A stretch of DNA of 32,000 nucleotides from Allobaculum fili (GCF_020969955.1 NZ_JAHDSX010000002.1:82138-114137); one strand, 5' to 3'; positions 7,495-15,755 are shown, numbered from the stretch's first letter. Notes: generated by a model not told the origin, from the sequence alone. A program made the numbers and translations.

Positions 7495-10400
7495 TTACAA
7501 ATCTTGCGACAGATTGTTCGCCATTAGTTCTGCCTGAGAAAGAACCAGCTCAATCGCACCAGGGATTTCTTCAGGAGGATAATGATACTTCCTCAAAAGG
7601 CGTCTAATATTTTTGCGGATTCCGGCTCTGGCACTTTCTTTGCGTTGCCAGTCAATCGAGACACTATGCCGAAGAATATCCGTGAGCTCTTTTGCAATTT
7701 GTACCAGCTGATCGTTTTCATAAAAGTCTTTAACCGCTTCCGGCTTGCAGAGAGCATCATAGAAAGCAACTTCTTCAACAGATAAGCCCAGATCATTTCC
7801 AGCCTGACTGGCATTCCGGATATCTTTAGCCATCCGCATCAATTCCTCAATCACTTCTTCATTCGTTATCAAACCATTCACATAGGAATTTAACGCCTTC
7901 TTCAAGCGATCAGAAAACTCTTCTGACTTAACAACATTAGTTCTTTTAAAGCCACGGATTTCATCATTCAGTAGTCTTTTCAGAAGTTCCAGGGATAGAT
8001 TTTTTTCCTTCATATTTCTGATTTCCTCTAAGAAGTCAGTATCAAAAAGTGAAAATTCTTTCTCGTGATCTGAGAAAAGGCTTATCACGCCATCACTCTT
8101 AATCGTCTGTTTCAGAAGTTCATTAATTTGAGCATTCACTTCTTTCAAAGACAGCCTGCCCGAAGCACCAGAAGTCGAAATCCGATTTAAAAGCGTTTTT
8201 ACAGCGATAAAATAACCCGCTTCTCTTTGTTGTTCATCATCAACCAAACTGCTGCACAGGGAAAGAGACTGCTTCAAGCGCTGGGCTTCCTTGATAAACT
8301 TGAACTGTGCTCTTTCTTTTTCTGGAATATTCATTTCTTGATGGGTTAAATCCATGATGTAATTCACCCCACCTGTGATTGCTCTTCCTTTTTCCAAATC
8401 CGTACCTTGCAAAAAGGACTTATAGTCGTACCCTTTGAATAAGTCTCTACAGCCGAATAGAGCCTCTTCAAATATTGGAAGTGCCTTTTTCTTAATATCT
8501 GGGTCACCAAAGTTCTTCTGGTCGCTCTTGGTATAGTCCTTCATTGCTTGCTTTAATGCGGAAGCAATACCGATATAATCGACTACAAGTCCGCCCTCTT
8601 TATCCCCGAACACACGATTCACTCTGGCAATCGCCTGCATCAGGTTATGACCGCTCATTGGTTTAAAAACATACATAGTAGCCAAAGATGGAACATCAAA
8701 ACCCGTCAGCCACATGTCACGAACAATCGCAATCTTGAAATCAGACTCGTTATCTTTGAATTCTTTTGCTAAATCTGCTCGATACTTATCCGTGCCTGTA
8801 TATTCGTGCCACTCTTCTGGATCTTTATTACTTCCAGTCATTACAATCTTGACTTTTTTATCCCAGGTAGGTTCCAGCTCTAGCATCTTATGGTAAAGCT
8901 TCACGGCAATTTCTCTGGAGTAAGCAACGATCAGTGCTTTCCCAGTCAATAAATTTTCACGATTTTCTTTGTAGTGAGTAATTATATCTCTCGCTAGAGA
9001 GTCAATCGTTTCATCGCTACCAAGAATCGCCTCCATATTGCTTAGTTCTTTTTTACTTTTATCAATTGTGATCTCATCTGCCTCAGCAGCCAACATATCG
9101 TAAGTGTTATCGATTCTTCGAAGAGTCTCTTCATCGAGCTTCAGCTTCATAACCCGGCTTTCATAGTAAACCGGTCTGGTTGCACCATCTTCAACAGCCT
9201 GAGTCATGTCGTAGATATCGATATAATCGCCAAACACAGCTCTCGTGTCTTTATCTTCAGAATCAATTGGAGTTCCGGTGAAACCAATGTAGGTCGCATT
9301 TGGAAGACTATCACGGACCTTCTTAGCTGCTCCGATTACAGTTTTAGCGAGAATATTCCCATACTGATCCTTGGTTGTTACAAATTTTTCTGTTAGTCCA
9401 TACTGACTTCGGTGTGCCTCATCTGCCATAACGATAATATTCTTCCGTTTAGATAAGGCACCCCATTCATCCTCGAATTTTGCCATAATGGTGAAGATGA
9501 TTCCGCCACTTTGTCTGTTATTTAAAAGCTCATACAGATTGTCTCTGGAGGTAGCTTGAACAGGCGTTTGACGCAGGAACTTATGACAATCCGAGAAAGT
9601 CTTGAATAGTTGATCGTCAAGATCGCGGCGATCAGTAAGGACAACAAAAGTTGGATCATCCATTTGCTGGTCTAATAAATGAGTATAGAAAACCATAGAC
9701 AGCGACTTACCGCTGCCTTGAGTATGCCAAAACACTCCTCCTCGTCCGTCTGTTTTTGAAGCCAGCATTGTAGAATGAACGGCTTTCTCAACAGCAAAAT
9801 ACTGATGATATCCAGCTAGAATCTTGATTAACCGACCACCAGGCGTCATGAATAAAATGAAGTTTTTTAGAATATTCAGGAACCGATCCTTCTGAAAAAT
9901 GCCAGTAAAAAAGGTCTCAAAGTTCGCAAACTTTGTGTTCTCATAGTTTCCATCTGTCGTTTTCCAGTCCATATAGCGATCTTCATCGCTCGAGATTGTA
10001 CCTGCTCGTGATATCAGCATGTCAGACATTACACAAATCTGGTTGTAGTTAAATAAGCAGGGGATATCCAGCATATAATTACGCAGCTGAACATACCCCT
10101 CAGAAGCACCTGTTTCATCCCGTGACGGAGATTTGAGCTCGATTACAACCAACGGCATTCCGTTTACAAACAGGACAATATCTGGACGCTTCTTTTTAAA
10201 TTCTTCCACAGTGAACTGATTCACAATGAGAAATGAGTTGTTCTGAACATCGTTATAATCGATCAAATGAACCAGATCGTTTTTCATTTCACCATTTCGA
10301 TAGTAGGAGACTCGCAGCCCATTCTGCAGATAATCTGTAAATTGTTCATTCCTGGTTTCAAGAGAACCGACCTCCAAATTCCGAATTTTGACTACTGCTT

Positions 10401-10584
10401 CGTCAATGGCAGCAGCTGGAAGGCCTGGATTACACATTCGTAGTGAATCTCTTAATACGTCAAGAAGAAGGGGATCCCTATAATCACGATCCATATCTGG
10501 ACCATATCGATATTCATAGCCTAATTCTAACTCGAACAACTGTATCAGAGTCTTCTCATAGGAATCTTCAGTGTATTGATTCAT
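7495..10584 (-). CDS. hsdR: Type I restriction enzyme R subunit
   Basis: 1029 aa. Helicase motif I HTQGSGKS, DEAH box VMADEAHRSQ, and a C-terminal region typical of HsdR. GGAGGG SD lies 5 nt upstream of the ATG. Confidence 0.95.
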   Translation of the reverse strand: MNQYTEDSYEKTLIQLFELELGYEYRYGPDMDRDYRDPLLLDVLRDSLRMCNPGLPAAAIDEAVVKIRNLEVGSLETRNEQFTDYLQNGLRVSYYRNGEMKNDLVHLIDYNDVQNNSFLIVNQFTVEEFKKKRPDIVLFVNGMPLVVIELKSPSRDETGASEGYVQLRNYMLDIPCLFNYNQICVMSDMLISRAGTISSDEDRYMDWKTTDGNYENTKFANFETFFTGIFQKDRFLNILKNFILFMTPGGRLIKILAGYHQYFAVEKAVHSTMLASKTDGRGGVFWHTQGSGKSLSMVFYTHLLDQQMDDPTFVVLTDRRDLDDQLFKTFSDCHKFLRQTPVQATSRDNLYELLNNRQSGGIIFTIMAKFEDEWGALSKRKNIIVMADEAHRSQYGLTEKFVTTKDQYGNILAKTVIGAAKKVRDSLPNATYIGFTGTPIDSEDKDTRAVFGDYIDIYDMTQAVEDGATRPVYYESRVMKLKLDEETLRRIDNTYDMLAAEADEITIDKSKKELSNMEAILGSDETIDSLARDIITHYKENRENLLTGKALIVAYSREIAVKLYHKMLELEPTWDKKVKIVMTGSNKDPEEWHEYTGTDKYRADLAKEFKDNESDFKIAIVRDMWLTGFDVPSLATMYVFKPMSGHNLMQAIARVNRVFGDKEGGLVVDYIGIASALKQAMKDYTKSDQKNFGDPDIKKKALPIFEEALFGCRDLFKGYDYKSFLQGTDLEKGRAITGGVNYIMDLTHQEMNIPEKERAQFKFIKEAQRLKQSLSLCSSLVDDEQQREAGYFIAVKTLLNRISTSGASGRLSLKEVNAQINELLKQTIKSDGVISLFSDHEKEFSLFDTDFLEEIRNMKEKNLSLELLKRLLNDEIRGFKRTNVVKSEEFSDRLKKALNSYVNGLITNEEVIEELMRMAKDIRNASQAGNDLGLSVEEVAFYDALCKPEAVKDFYENDQLVQIAKELTDILRHSVSIDWQRKESARAGIRKNIRRLLRKYHYPPEEIPGAIELVLSQAELMANNLSQDL

Positions 10585-10601
10585 GGAATCCCTCCTTTTC
10601 T

Positions 10602-11285
10602 AGGGTTTATGCTGGGGAAAGCAAGAATTTAGCTGAACAAATTCAAGCCTTCTTAAATTACGTCCTATCGACCGGCAACGAAAACGATGCCGTTCGCTTT
10701 GGGGATCTCCTCTATATAAAAGGACGTATCGGCTGGAAAGGGCTCAAAAAAGATGAGTATCTTGCAAATAGTGATTATAGGATCATCAATGGCGAATCAT
10801 TAACTCCAGAAGGAATTGATTGGACCAAAACAGGATTCATTACACAAGAACGTTATGATGAGTCTCCAGAAATTATGTTAAAGCTTGGCGACATCCTTTT
10901 ATCCAAAGACGGGACCATTGGCAAAATTGGCTATATCGATAAGTTGGATTTACCAACAACTGTTGCTTCGGGTATTTTTGTAATCCGTAACTCAACCAAA
11001 GGAGAGTATGGGACTCCATTTTTGTATTACCTGCTGACCTCCAATAGATTCAAAGGTTTTATCAAAGCTCGAACAGAGGGAAGCGTAATTCCACATCTAT
11101 ACCAAAAAGATTTCATGGAGTTTACTTTTCCCAAGCCAGATCCCGAGTTGCTTAAACAATTTAACGAGTTTTCTCAACCGCTATTCGAAACTATACAAAA
11201 CAAGATACGAGAGAATCGTCAATTGGCAATTCTTAGGGATAAACTGCTTGCAAAACTCCTCTCAGGTGACATTGAAATCCAGTAA
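10602..11285 (+). other. Promoterless, start-less hsdS cassette (partial central conserved region, TRD2', C-terminal conserved region), inverted relative to the expressed hsdS
   Basis: The translation ESKNLAEQIQAFLNYVL...(TRD)...LRDKLLAKLLSGDIEIQ* has the C-terminal-half architecture of HsdS. There is no in-frame ATG after the hsdR start. The ORF-track ORF 10443..11285 stays open only by reading antisense through the hsdR 5' end. Confidence 0.8.
10620..10637. repeat. Degenerate inverted copy (13/18) of the hsdS recombination word. It contains the invariant CAAGAATTTA at 10622-10631.
   Basis: AGCAAGAATTTAGCTGAA compared with AACAAGAATTTACTGGAT (reverse complement of 11277-11294), aligned by eye. 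Confidence 0.55.
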
Positions 11286-11294
11286 ATTCTTGTT
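11254..11294. repeat. Left arm of a 41-bp inverted repeat (37/41 identical) covering LLSG(D/E)IEIQ-stop plus 9 nt of 3' flank
   Basis: AACTCCTCTCAGGTGACATTGAAATCCAGTAAATTCTTGTT compared with the reverse complement of 12841-12881, AACTCCTCTCAGGAGAAATTGAGATCCAATAAATTCTTGTT. Confidence 0.85.
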
Positions 11295-11801
11295 TATTCG
11301 AGTATTAACTCGTATTTTCTCATCTAGATTTGATAAAAAAACGCCTATTTTCTTTTGAACTTCATACTCAGGCACACTTATAAATATTTGGTCAAAGGTA
11401 TCTCGCGTGATTGTGTCGAATACAGATCCATGAGTATTGGCTTTTAGCTTATTAATTGTTCCTTTGAGGAGATAATACGTATAATCGATATCAAATCCTT
11501 TTTTTGCTCTCAACCCATAACAAGACTGATTAAATGCCATATCTCGCGAAACCATAGCTAAAGCCCCGACGGTACCACGCGCAGAGACAATTAAATCTCC
11601 AGGATGAAGAATGGAAGTAGAACTTTCCTTTAGTCCTTTTTCAGTGATGCTTTTTTCCGCACTGTCCACCCATTTTTCATCGCTATTAAAATCCTTGACA
11701 GATAACCATGGAATATCCCCATTCCAATACTCTGAATTTGTTGTTTTAGGAGTACCGCCCCCGATGATTTCGAATATTTCTGACAGAGCGTATTTCTTCA
11801 T
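11262..11801 (-). CDS. Half-size HsdS: TRD1' plus the first residues of the central conserved region (179 aa)
   Basis: MKKYALSEIFEIIGGGTPK...NGDIPWLSVKDF... is a typical HsdS N-terminal TRD. It ends RINKNLLDFNVT*. AGGAGG lies upstream, and the ATG shares one base with the recombinase stop (TAATG). Confidence 0.75.
   Translation of the reverse strand: MKKYALSEIFEIIGGGTPKTTNSEYWNGDIPWLSVKDFNSDEKWVDSAEKSITEKGLKESSTSILHPGDLIVSARGTVGALAMVSRDMAFNQSCYGLRAKKGFDIDYTYYLLKGTINKLKANTHGSVFDTITRDTFDQIFISVPEYEVQKKIGVFLSNLDEKIRVNTRINKNLLDFNVT
11277..11302. repeat. 26-bp perfect repeat, copy 1 (ATCCAGTAAATTCTTGTTTATTCGAG)
   Basis: Identical to 13474-13499 in the same orientation. On the - strand it encodes RINKNLLD. 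On the + strand it contains the IQ-TAA end of the silent cassette. Confidence 0.9.
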
Positions 11802-12790
11802 TACCCAATAAACCTCCTGTGTGAATCTTTCACATTACTTTGTTTGACCATTGCATATTGCATAGTCGTATCTATTCTTTCGTGCCCCAGCAGTCTTTGT
11901 AGCTGCTCAACCGGCATACCCTTGTCTATAGCTGCAGTAGCTAGAGTTCGTCGGAATTTATGGGGATGTACCTTTTTGATTCCTAATGAGCTTCCAATCG
12001 ATTTGAGCCGACTTTCAACTCCATTTATTGTGATTCGAGAATGCGGTTGGCGCAGGCTTACAAATAATGCATCGCTTTCGTCTGTTCTCGACTCCAGATA
12101 ATCCTCGAGATGGATTTTTGTTCTAGCGTCAAAATAGACTTTCCGTTCTTTATTTCCTTTACCAAAGACAATACATTCACGGTTTTGAAAATCGATGTCG
12201 TCCTTATCGAGCTTTACCAATTCACCAACACGCATCCCTGTTGATGCCAGCATGTCAATCAAGGCTAGATCTCGGATGTTCTTGGTAGAATCACGCATTT
12301 TTTCCAACTCTTCATCTGTATATACTTCTTTAACAATCTTATCAGTCTTGATTTTATGAATACGGCGTGCTGGGCTTTTCAATATGTGATCTTCTTCCTC
12401 CAGCCATGAGAAAAAGCTAGATATAATCCTTCGGATGTTATCAATAGTCACCTTGCTCGAACCATTATTACTCTGGTATTCCGACAGATATTTTCTAAGA
12501 TCATCCGTATCAATCGTAATAAGTGGTTTCTCAATTGCCTTGATCATCCCTTCTATAGTCTTCCGGTAATATGCTGTAGTTTTCTCTGAACATCCTTCAA
12601 TGCTCTTCGCATCCAGAAATTTTTGAAGTAAATCGCTATTGTCCAGAAAATCTGTCTCTTCCTGTTCTTTGATAGTTACCTCGAATTTGGAAACGACAGA
12701 CGTTATAACTGTCTTAACTGCATGTACCTTTCCAGGATCTACTAACCCCATAATCGCGTTTACAATGCTTGCTACTAATACGTTTTCCAT
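11801..12790 (-). CDS. Tyrosine site-specific recombinase (XerC/D-like, phage integrase family)
   Basis: 329 aa. Box I STGMRVGELVKL, HKFRRTLAT, and LLGHERIDTTMQYAMV with the catalytic Tyr. GGAGG SD is present. It is embedded between hsdS modules. Confidence 0.9.
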   Translation of the reverse strand: MENVLVASIVNAIMGLVDPGKVHAVKTVITSVVSKFEVTIKEQEETDFLDNSDLLQKFLDAKSIEGCSEKTTAYYRKTIEGMIKAIEKPLITIDTDDLRKYLSEYQSNNGSSKVTIDNIRRIISSFFSWLEEEDHILKSPARRIHKIKTDKIVKEVYTDEELEKMRDSTKNIRDLALIDMLASTGMRVGELVKLDKDDIDFQNRECIVFGKGNKERKVYFDARTKIHLEDYLESRTDESDALFVSLRQPHSRITINGVESRLKSIGSSLGIKKVHPHKFRRTLATAAIDKGMPVEQLQRLLGHERIDTTMQYAMVKQSNVKDSHRRFIG

Positions 12791-12840
12791 AATTTTGCCT
12801 CCTGAATAAGGCGATTATGTAGAGGATAAGTGATCTAGAA

Positions 12841-12881
12841 AACAAGAATTTATTGGATCTCAATTTCTCCTGAGAGGAGTT
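12841..12881. repeat. Right arm of the 41-bp inverted repeat. Its first 18 nt (12841-12858) are an inverted 17/18 copy of the 18-nt word.
   Basis: See 11254-11294. It contains the stop codon of the expressed hsdS (12850-12852). Confidence 0.85.
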
Positions 12882-14019
12882 GAGGTAATAGTTCATCTCT
12901 TGTTTTGCTCAGCGTTCTTGAAGTGATTCTGTTGACTATCAAATTCCGTTGGATTGGATTAAGTAGCTTATTAAGGCTTTCGAGTTCTTCGACAGGCGGA
13001 ATATAAACAGCAGCATTTTCAAGATCGGATCTTTTTATATGTCCCATTGTAGTGGCTTTGGCCTTGGCGATAGATTGAAACTCTCGAAGGTGATACTTTA
13101 ACCAACAATAGATAAACCAAATTGGATAGTTCTTTGGAGTAACCTTATATAAGTGCTGATTAAGTCCTCCGCTTCCTCCTGTCCAAAAGTCTGCAAGCAG
13201 TGTTCCAGACCATGAAAACAAAAGGTCACCATCGTTAACAATTTGCCTTTTATCAATTGTTGCTGAGCATAGTTCGCTCGTCTCAGAAAAGCCCTTATTA
13301 CTAAGCTCTTTTATTTTTATGACCTTTAAAGGGTGTTCTTCGTTTTCATGAGGACGGAATTTCTGCATCGGCAATCCATTTTGAAAAGTTGCAATATCTA
13401 ATAAACTTTTCTGTTTCCATGTCGTCATTGATGGATTTTTAAGGATTTTTTGCTTGAAAACCGTGTCAATAAGATCCAGTAAATTCTTGTTTATTCGAGC
13501 ATTACTCTCAATCTGATTGTCGATTGAACCCAGTATCTGTGCAATTTTCCGTTGGTAATCAACAGATGTGGGAATTTCCACCTCAATATTCTTCATCACA
13601 TTCCCGGAAACCTCTTTGAAAGTGGTTCCGCTGCCTGCTGATTTAATTTTCTCTTTGTTAAAAACTAGGAGGTAATAGAGAAAAAGCGGATCGACCACAC
13701 CGGTATCTGGAACTACACTCTTGAATCCCTGGTTTGTACAAATCGGATTTGATGCGATAGCTACATAACCAATTGGAGCACGTGAACTGAACAACACGGT
13801 ACCTGCAGGTAACAATTCAGTAGAACAAGAATTCAATCCTTCTTCAGTAATACTTCGTTCTCCTTTGGATATATACCGTTCAGAATAATCAGCTAAATCC
13901 TTCGGAGTCAGCCAAGGAATAGAGCCGCCATAGAAAGCTTCATTTTTCGTAGAAGGCGTAGCCCCACCAACTACCCTTCCTAATTCTTGCAACTTGACCG
14001 TTTTCCAATTAGATTTCAT
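12850..14019 (-). CDS. hsdS: Type I R-M specificity subunit (expressed copy: TRD1, CCR, TRD2, DCR)
   Basis: 389 aa from ATG 14019 (MKSNWKTVKLQELG...), overlapping the hsdM stop by 11 nt. Central conserved region NARINKNLLDLIDTVF; C-terminus LLPQLLSGEIEIQ*. The ORF-track start at 14088 lies inside hsdM. Confidence 0.9.
   Translation of the reverse strand: MKSNWKTVKLQELGRVVGGATPSTKNEAFYGGSIPWLTPKDLADYSERYISKGERSITEEGLNSCSTELLPAGTVLFSSRAPIGYVAIASNPICTNQGFKSVVPDTGVVDPLFLYYLLVFNKEKIKSAGSGTTFKEVSGNVMKNIEVEIPTSVDYQRKIAQILGSIDNQIESNARINKNLLDLIDTVFKQKILKNPSMTTWKQKSLLDIATFQNGLPMQKFRPHENEEHPLKVIKIKELSNKGFSETSELCSATIDKRQIVNDGDLLFSWSGTLLADFWTGGSGGLNQHLYKVTPKNYPIWFIYCWLKYHLREFQSIAKAKATTMGHIKRSDLENAAVYIPPVEELESLNKLLNPIQRNLIVNRITSRTLSKTRDELLPQLLSGEIEIQ
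13474..13499. repeat. 26-bp perfect repeat, copy 2, inside the central conserved region of the expressed hsdS
   Basis: Identical to 11277-11302. Similarity continues to 31 bp with 1 mismatch. Confidence 0.9.
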
Positions 14020-15526
14020 ACCCAATCTTCTCCAGCTGCTTTCGAATCTCTGCTTCAAGTTCATGTGATTGTTTAAACAAATCACCAAGTTCAGAAGTCA
14101 GTCGCTTCATCTTTTCGTCGAACGGCTCTCCATCCTCTTCGTCTTCTTCGATACCTACGTATCTACCTGGAGTCAGAATATAGTCCTGTTTTGCGATTTC
14201 TTCTGTATCTACTACCGCCCAGTGTCCTGGATTATTCTCAAGTTCGCCTTCTTCATACGATTGATACAGCTCACCGATCTTCTTAACATCCTCATCGGAG
14301 AATTCGCGCAGTTTCCTAGAAACCATGGTACCCATATCTTTAGCGTCGATAAAAAGCGTCTTTCCTTTTTGCTTTTTGTTCATTGAAAGATACCAAAGTG
14401 AAACAGGTATACCCGTTGAATAGAAGAGCTTTTCAGGCAAAGCTACAATACAATCAACCAAATCTGCCTCAATGATGTTTTTCCTGATTTCACCTTCTCC
14501 CTTGGTTTGGGTTGAAAGCGCACCGTTTGCTAAAACCATACCGATCTTTCCGTTTCGGTTCATATGAGAAATCATATGTTCCATCCAGGCAAAGTTTGCG
14601 TTTGATTCAGGAGGTGTTCCATATGCCCATCTCGGGTCATCTTCGAGCGACTTGTGCCACCAGCTTTTATCGTTGAAAGGAGGATTCGCCATCACAAAAT
14701 CCATCTTTTCATGAGGATGAAGATCTTCCAGGAAGGTGTCTGCATTGTGGGGACCGAGGTTTGCATCAATTCCTCTAATCGCCAGGTTCATCTGGGCGAG
14801 CTTCCAGGTAGTCGGATTCGATTCTTGTCCAAAGACTGAAATATCGTTTAATTGGCCGCCGTGGCTCTCAATAAATTTTGCAGACTGTACGAACATTCCG
14901 CCGCTGCCGCAGCATGGGTCATAAACCCTACCGTGATAGGGTTTTAATACTTCAACAAGGGTACGGACAACGGATGACGGTGTGTAGAATTCGCCTGCAT
15001 TCTTGCCTTCCTGGGAAGCAAATTTCTGAAGACAGTACTCATAGGTTCTTCCGAGTATGTCTTTTTCGTTTCCATGTTCGTGCATTTTGATATTGGTGAA
15101 CAAATCGACAACTTCACCTAATCTTCGCTGGTCCATTTCAGGGCGAGCATAGTTTTTTGGTAAAACGCCCTTCAGTTTTGGGTTCTCTTTCTCGATTTGT
15201 TCCATTGCAGAGTCGATGGCTGTTCCAACAGAGTTTGTATGTGCGGAGTTCTTGATCACATCCCAACGAGCACCTTCTGGAACGAAAAAGATGTTTTCAG
15301 AAATATACTCGTCTTTATCGTCAGGATCAGCATATGGGTCTTCTAAGAGTTCAGCACGTTTTGCTTCGAAAGAATCAGAGATATACTTCAAAAAGATCAA
15401 GCCGAGAATAACGTGTTTATATTCAGAAGCATCCATACTACCGCGCAGAACGTCGGCCGCACTCCACAGTTCAGCCTCAAATCCTACATCCGCTTTATTG
15501 GATGCTTTCTTCTTTGTATTTGCCAT
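14009..15526 (-). CDS. hsdM: Type I R-M N6-adenine DNA methyltransferase subunit
   Basis: 505 aa. AdoMet motif VYDPCCGSGG and catalytic motif ANPPFN. GAAGGAG SD is present. Confidence 0.95.
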   Translation of the reverse strand: MANTKKKASNKADVGFEAELWSAADVLRGSMDASEYKHVILGLIFLKYISDSFEAKRAELLEDPYADPDDKDEYISENIFFVPEGARWDVIKNSAHTNSVGTAIDSAMEQIEKENPKLKGVLPKNYARPEMDQRRLGEVVDLFTNIKMHEHGNEKDILGRTYEYCLQKFASQEGKNAGEFYTPSSVVRTLVEVLKPYHGRVYDPCCGSGGMFVQSAKFIESHGGQLNDISVFGQESNPTTWKLAQMNLAIRGIDANLGPHNADTFLEDLHPHEKMDFVMANPPFNDKSWWHKSLEDDPRWAYGTPPESNANFAWMEHMISHMNRNGKIGMVLANGALSTQTKGEGEIRKNIIEADLVDCIVALPEKLFYSTGIPVSLWYLSMNKKQKGKTLFIDAKDMGTMVSRKLREFSDEDVKKIGELYQSYEEGELENNPGHWAVVDTEEIAKQDYILTPGRYVGIEEDEEDGEPFDEKMKRLTSELGDLFKQSHELEAEIRKQLEKIGYEI

Positions 15527-15608
15527 AAGTCTCCTTCTTTTGCCTCGTGAGCTATCTATTCTTTCATTATAACCATCCCTGGATTATAAAGGGCTTTCAT
15601 CGAAAAAA

Positions 15609-15672
15609 ATCAGGCTATCAGTGGCTTCTTATATGGAAAGATCAGCCGCTATTTTAGCCTGATAAGCCTGAT
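15609..15672. repeat. 9-bp inverted repeat ATCAGGCTA / TAGCCTGAT with a tandem second right arm AAGCCTGAT
   Basis: Arms at 15609-15617, 15655-15663 and 15664-15672. It lies between the hsdM start and the IS orfA remnant. Confidence 0.5.
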
Positions 15673-15755
15673 ATAAAGATTGGTTTTCTTGTCCCTTTGA
15701 TATTGGAAATGGTCCAATCTGTCTAGCGATACCATCCTGATAACTCTTTTTTCTT

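Noticed and set aside
10443-10601. N-terminal 53 codons of ORF 10443-11285, including its only upstream ATG
   Set aside because: This part is antisense to the hsdR 5' coding region and SD, and the translation is not HsdS-like. Only the part from about 10602 onwards is an hsdS module, and it is treated as a silent cassette.
14020-14088. Longer hsdS start at 14088
   Set aside because: It lies inside hsdM. The conserved HsdS N-terminus begins at MKSNWKTVKLQELG (ATG 14019), the usual short hsdM/hsdS overlap.
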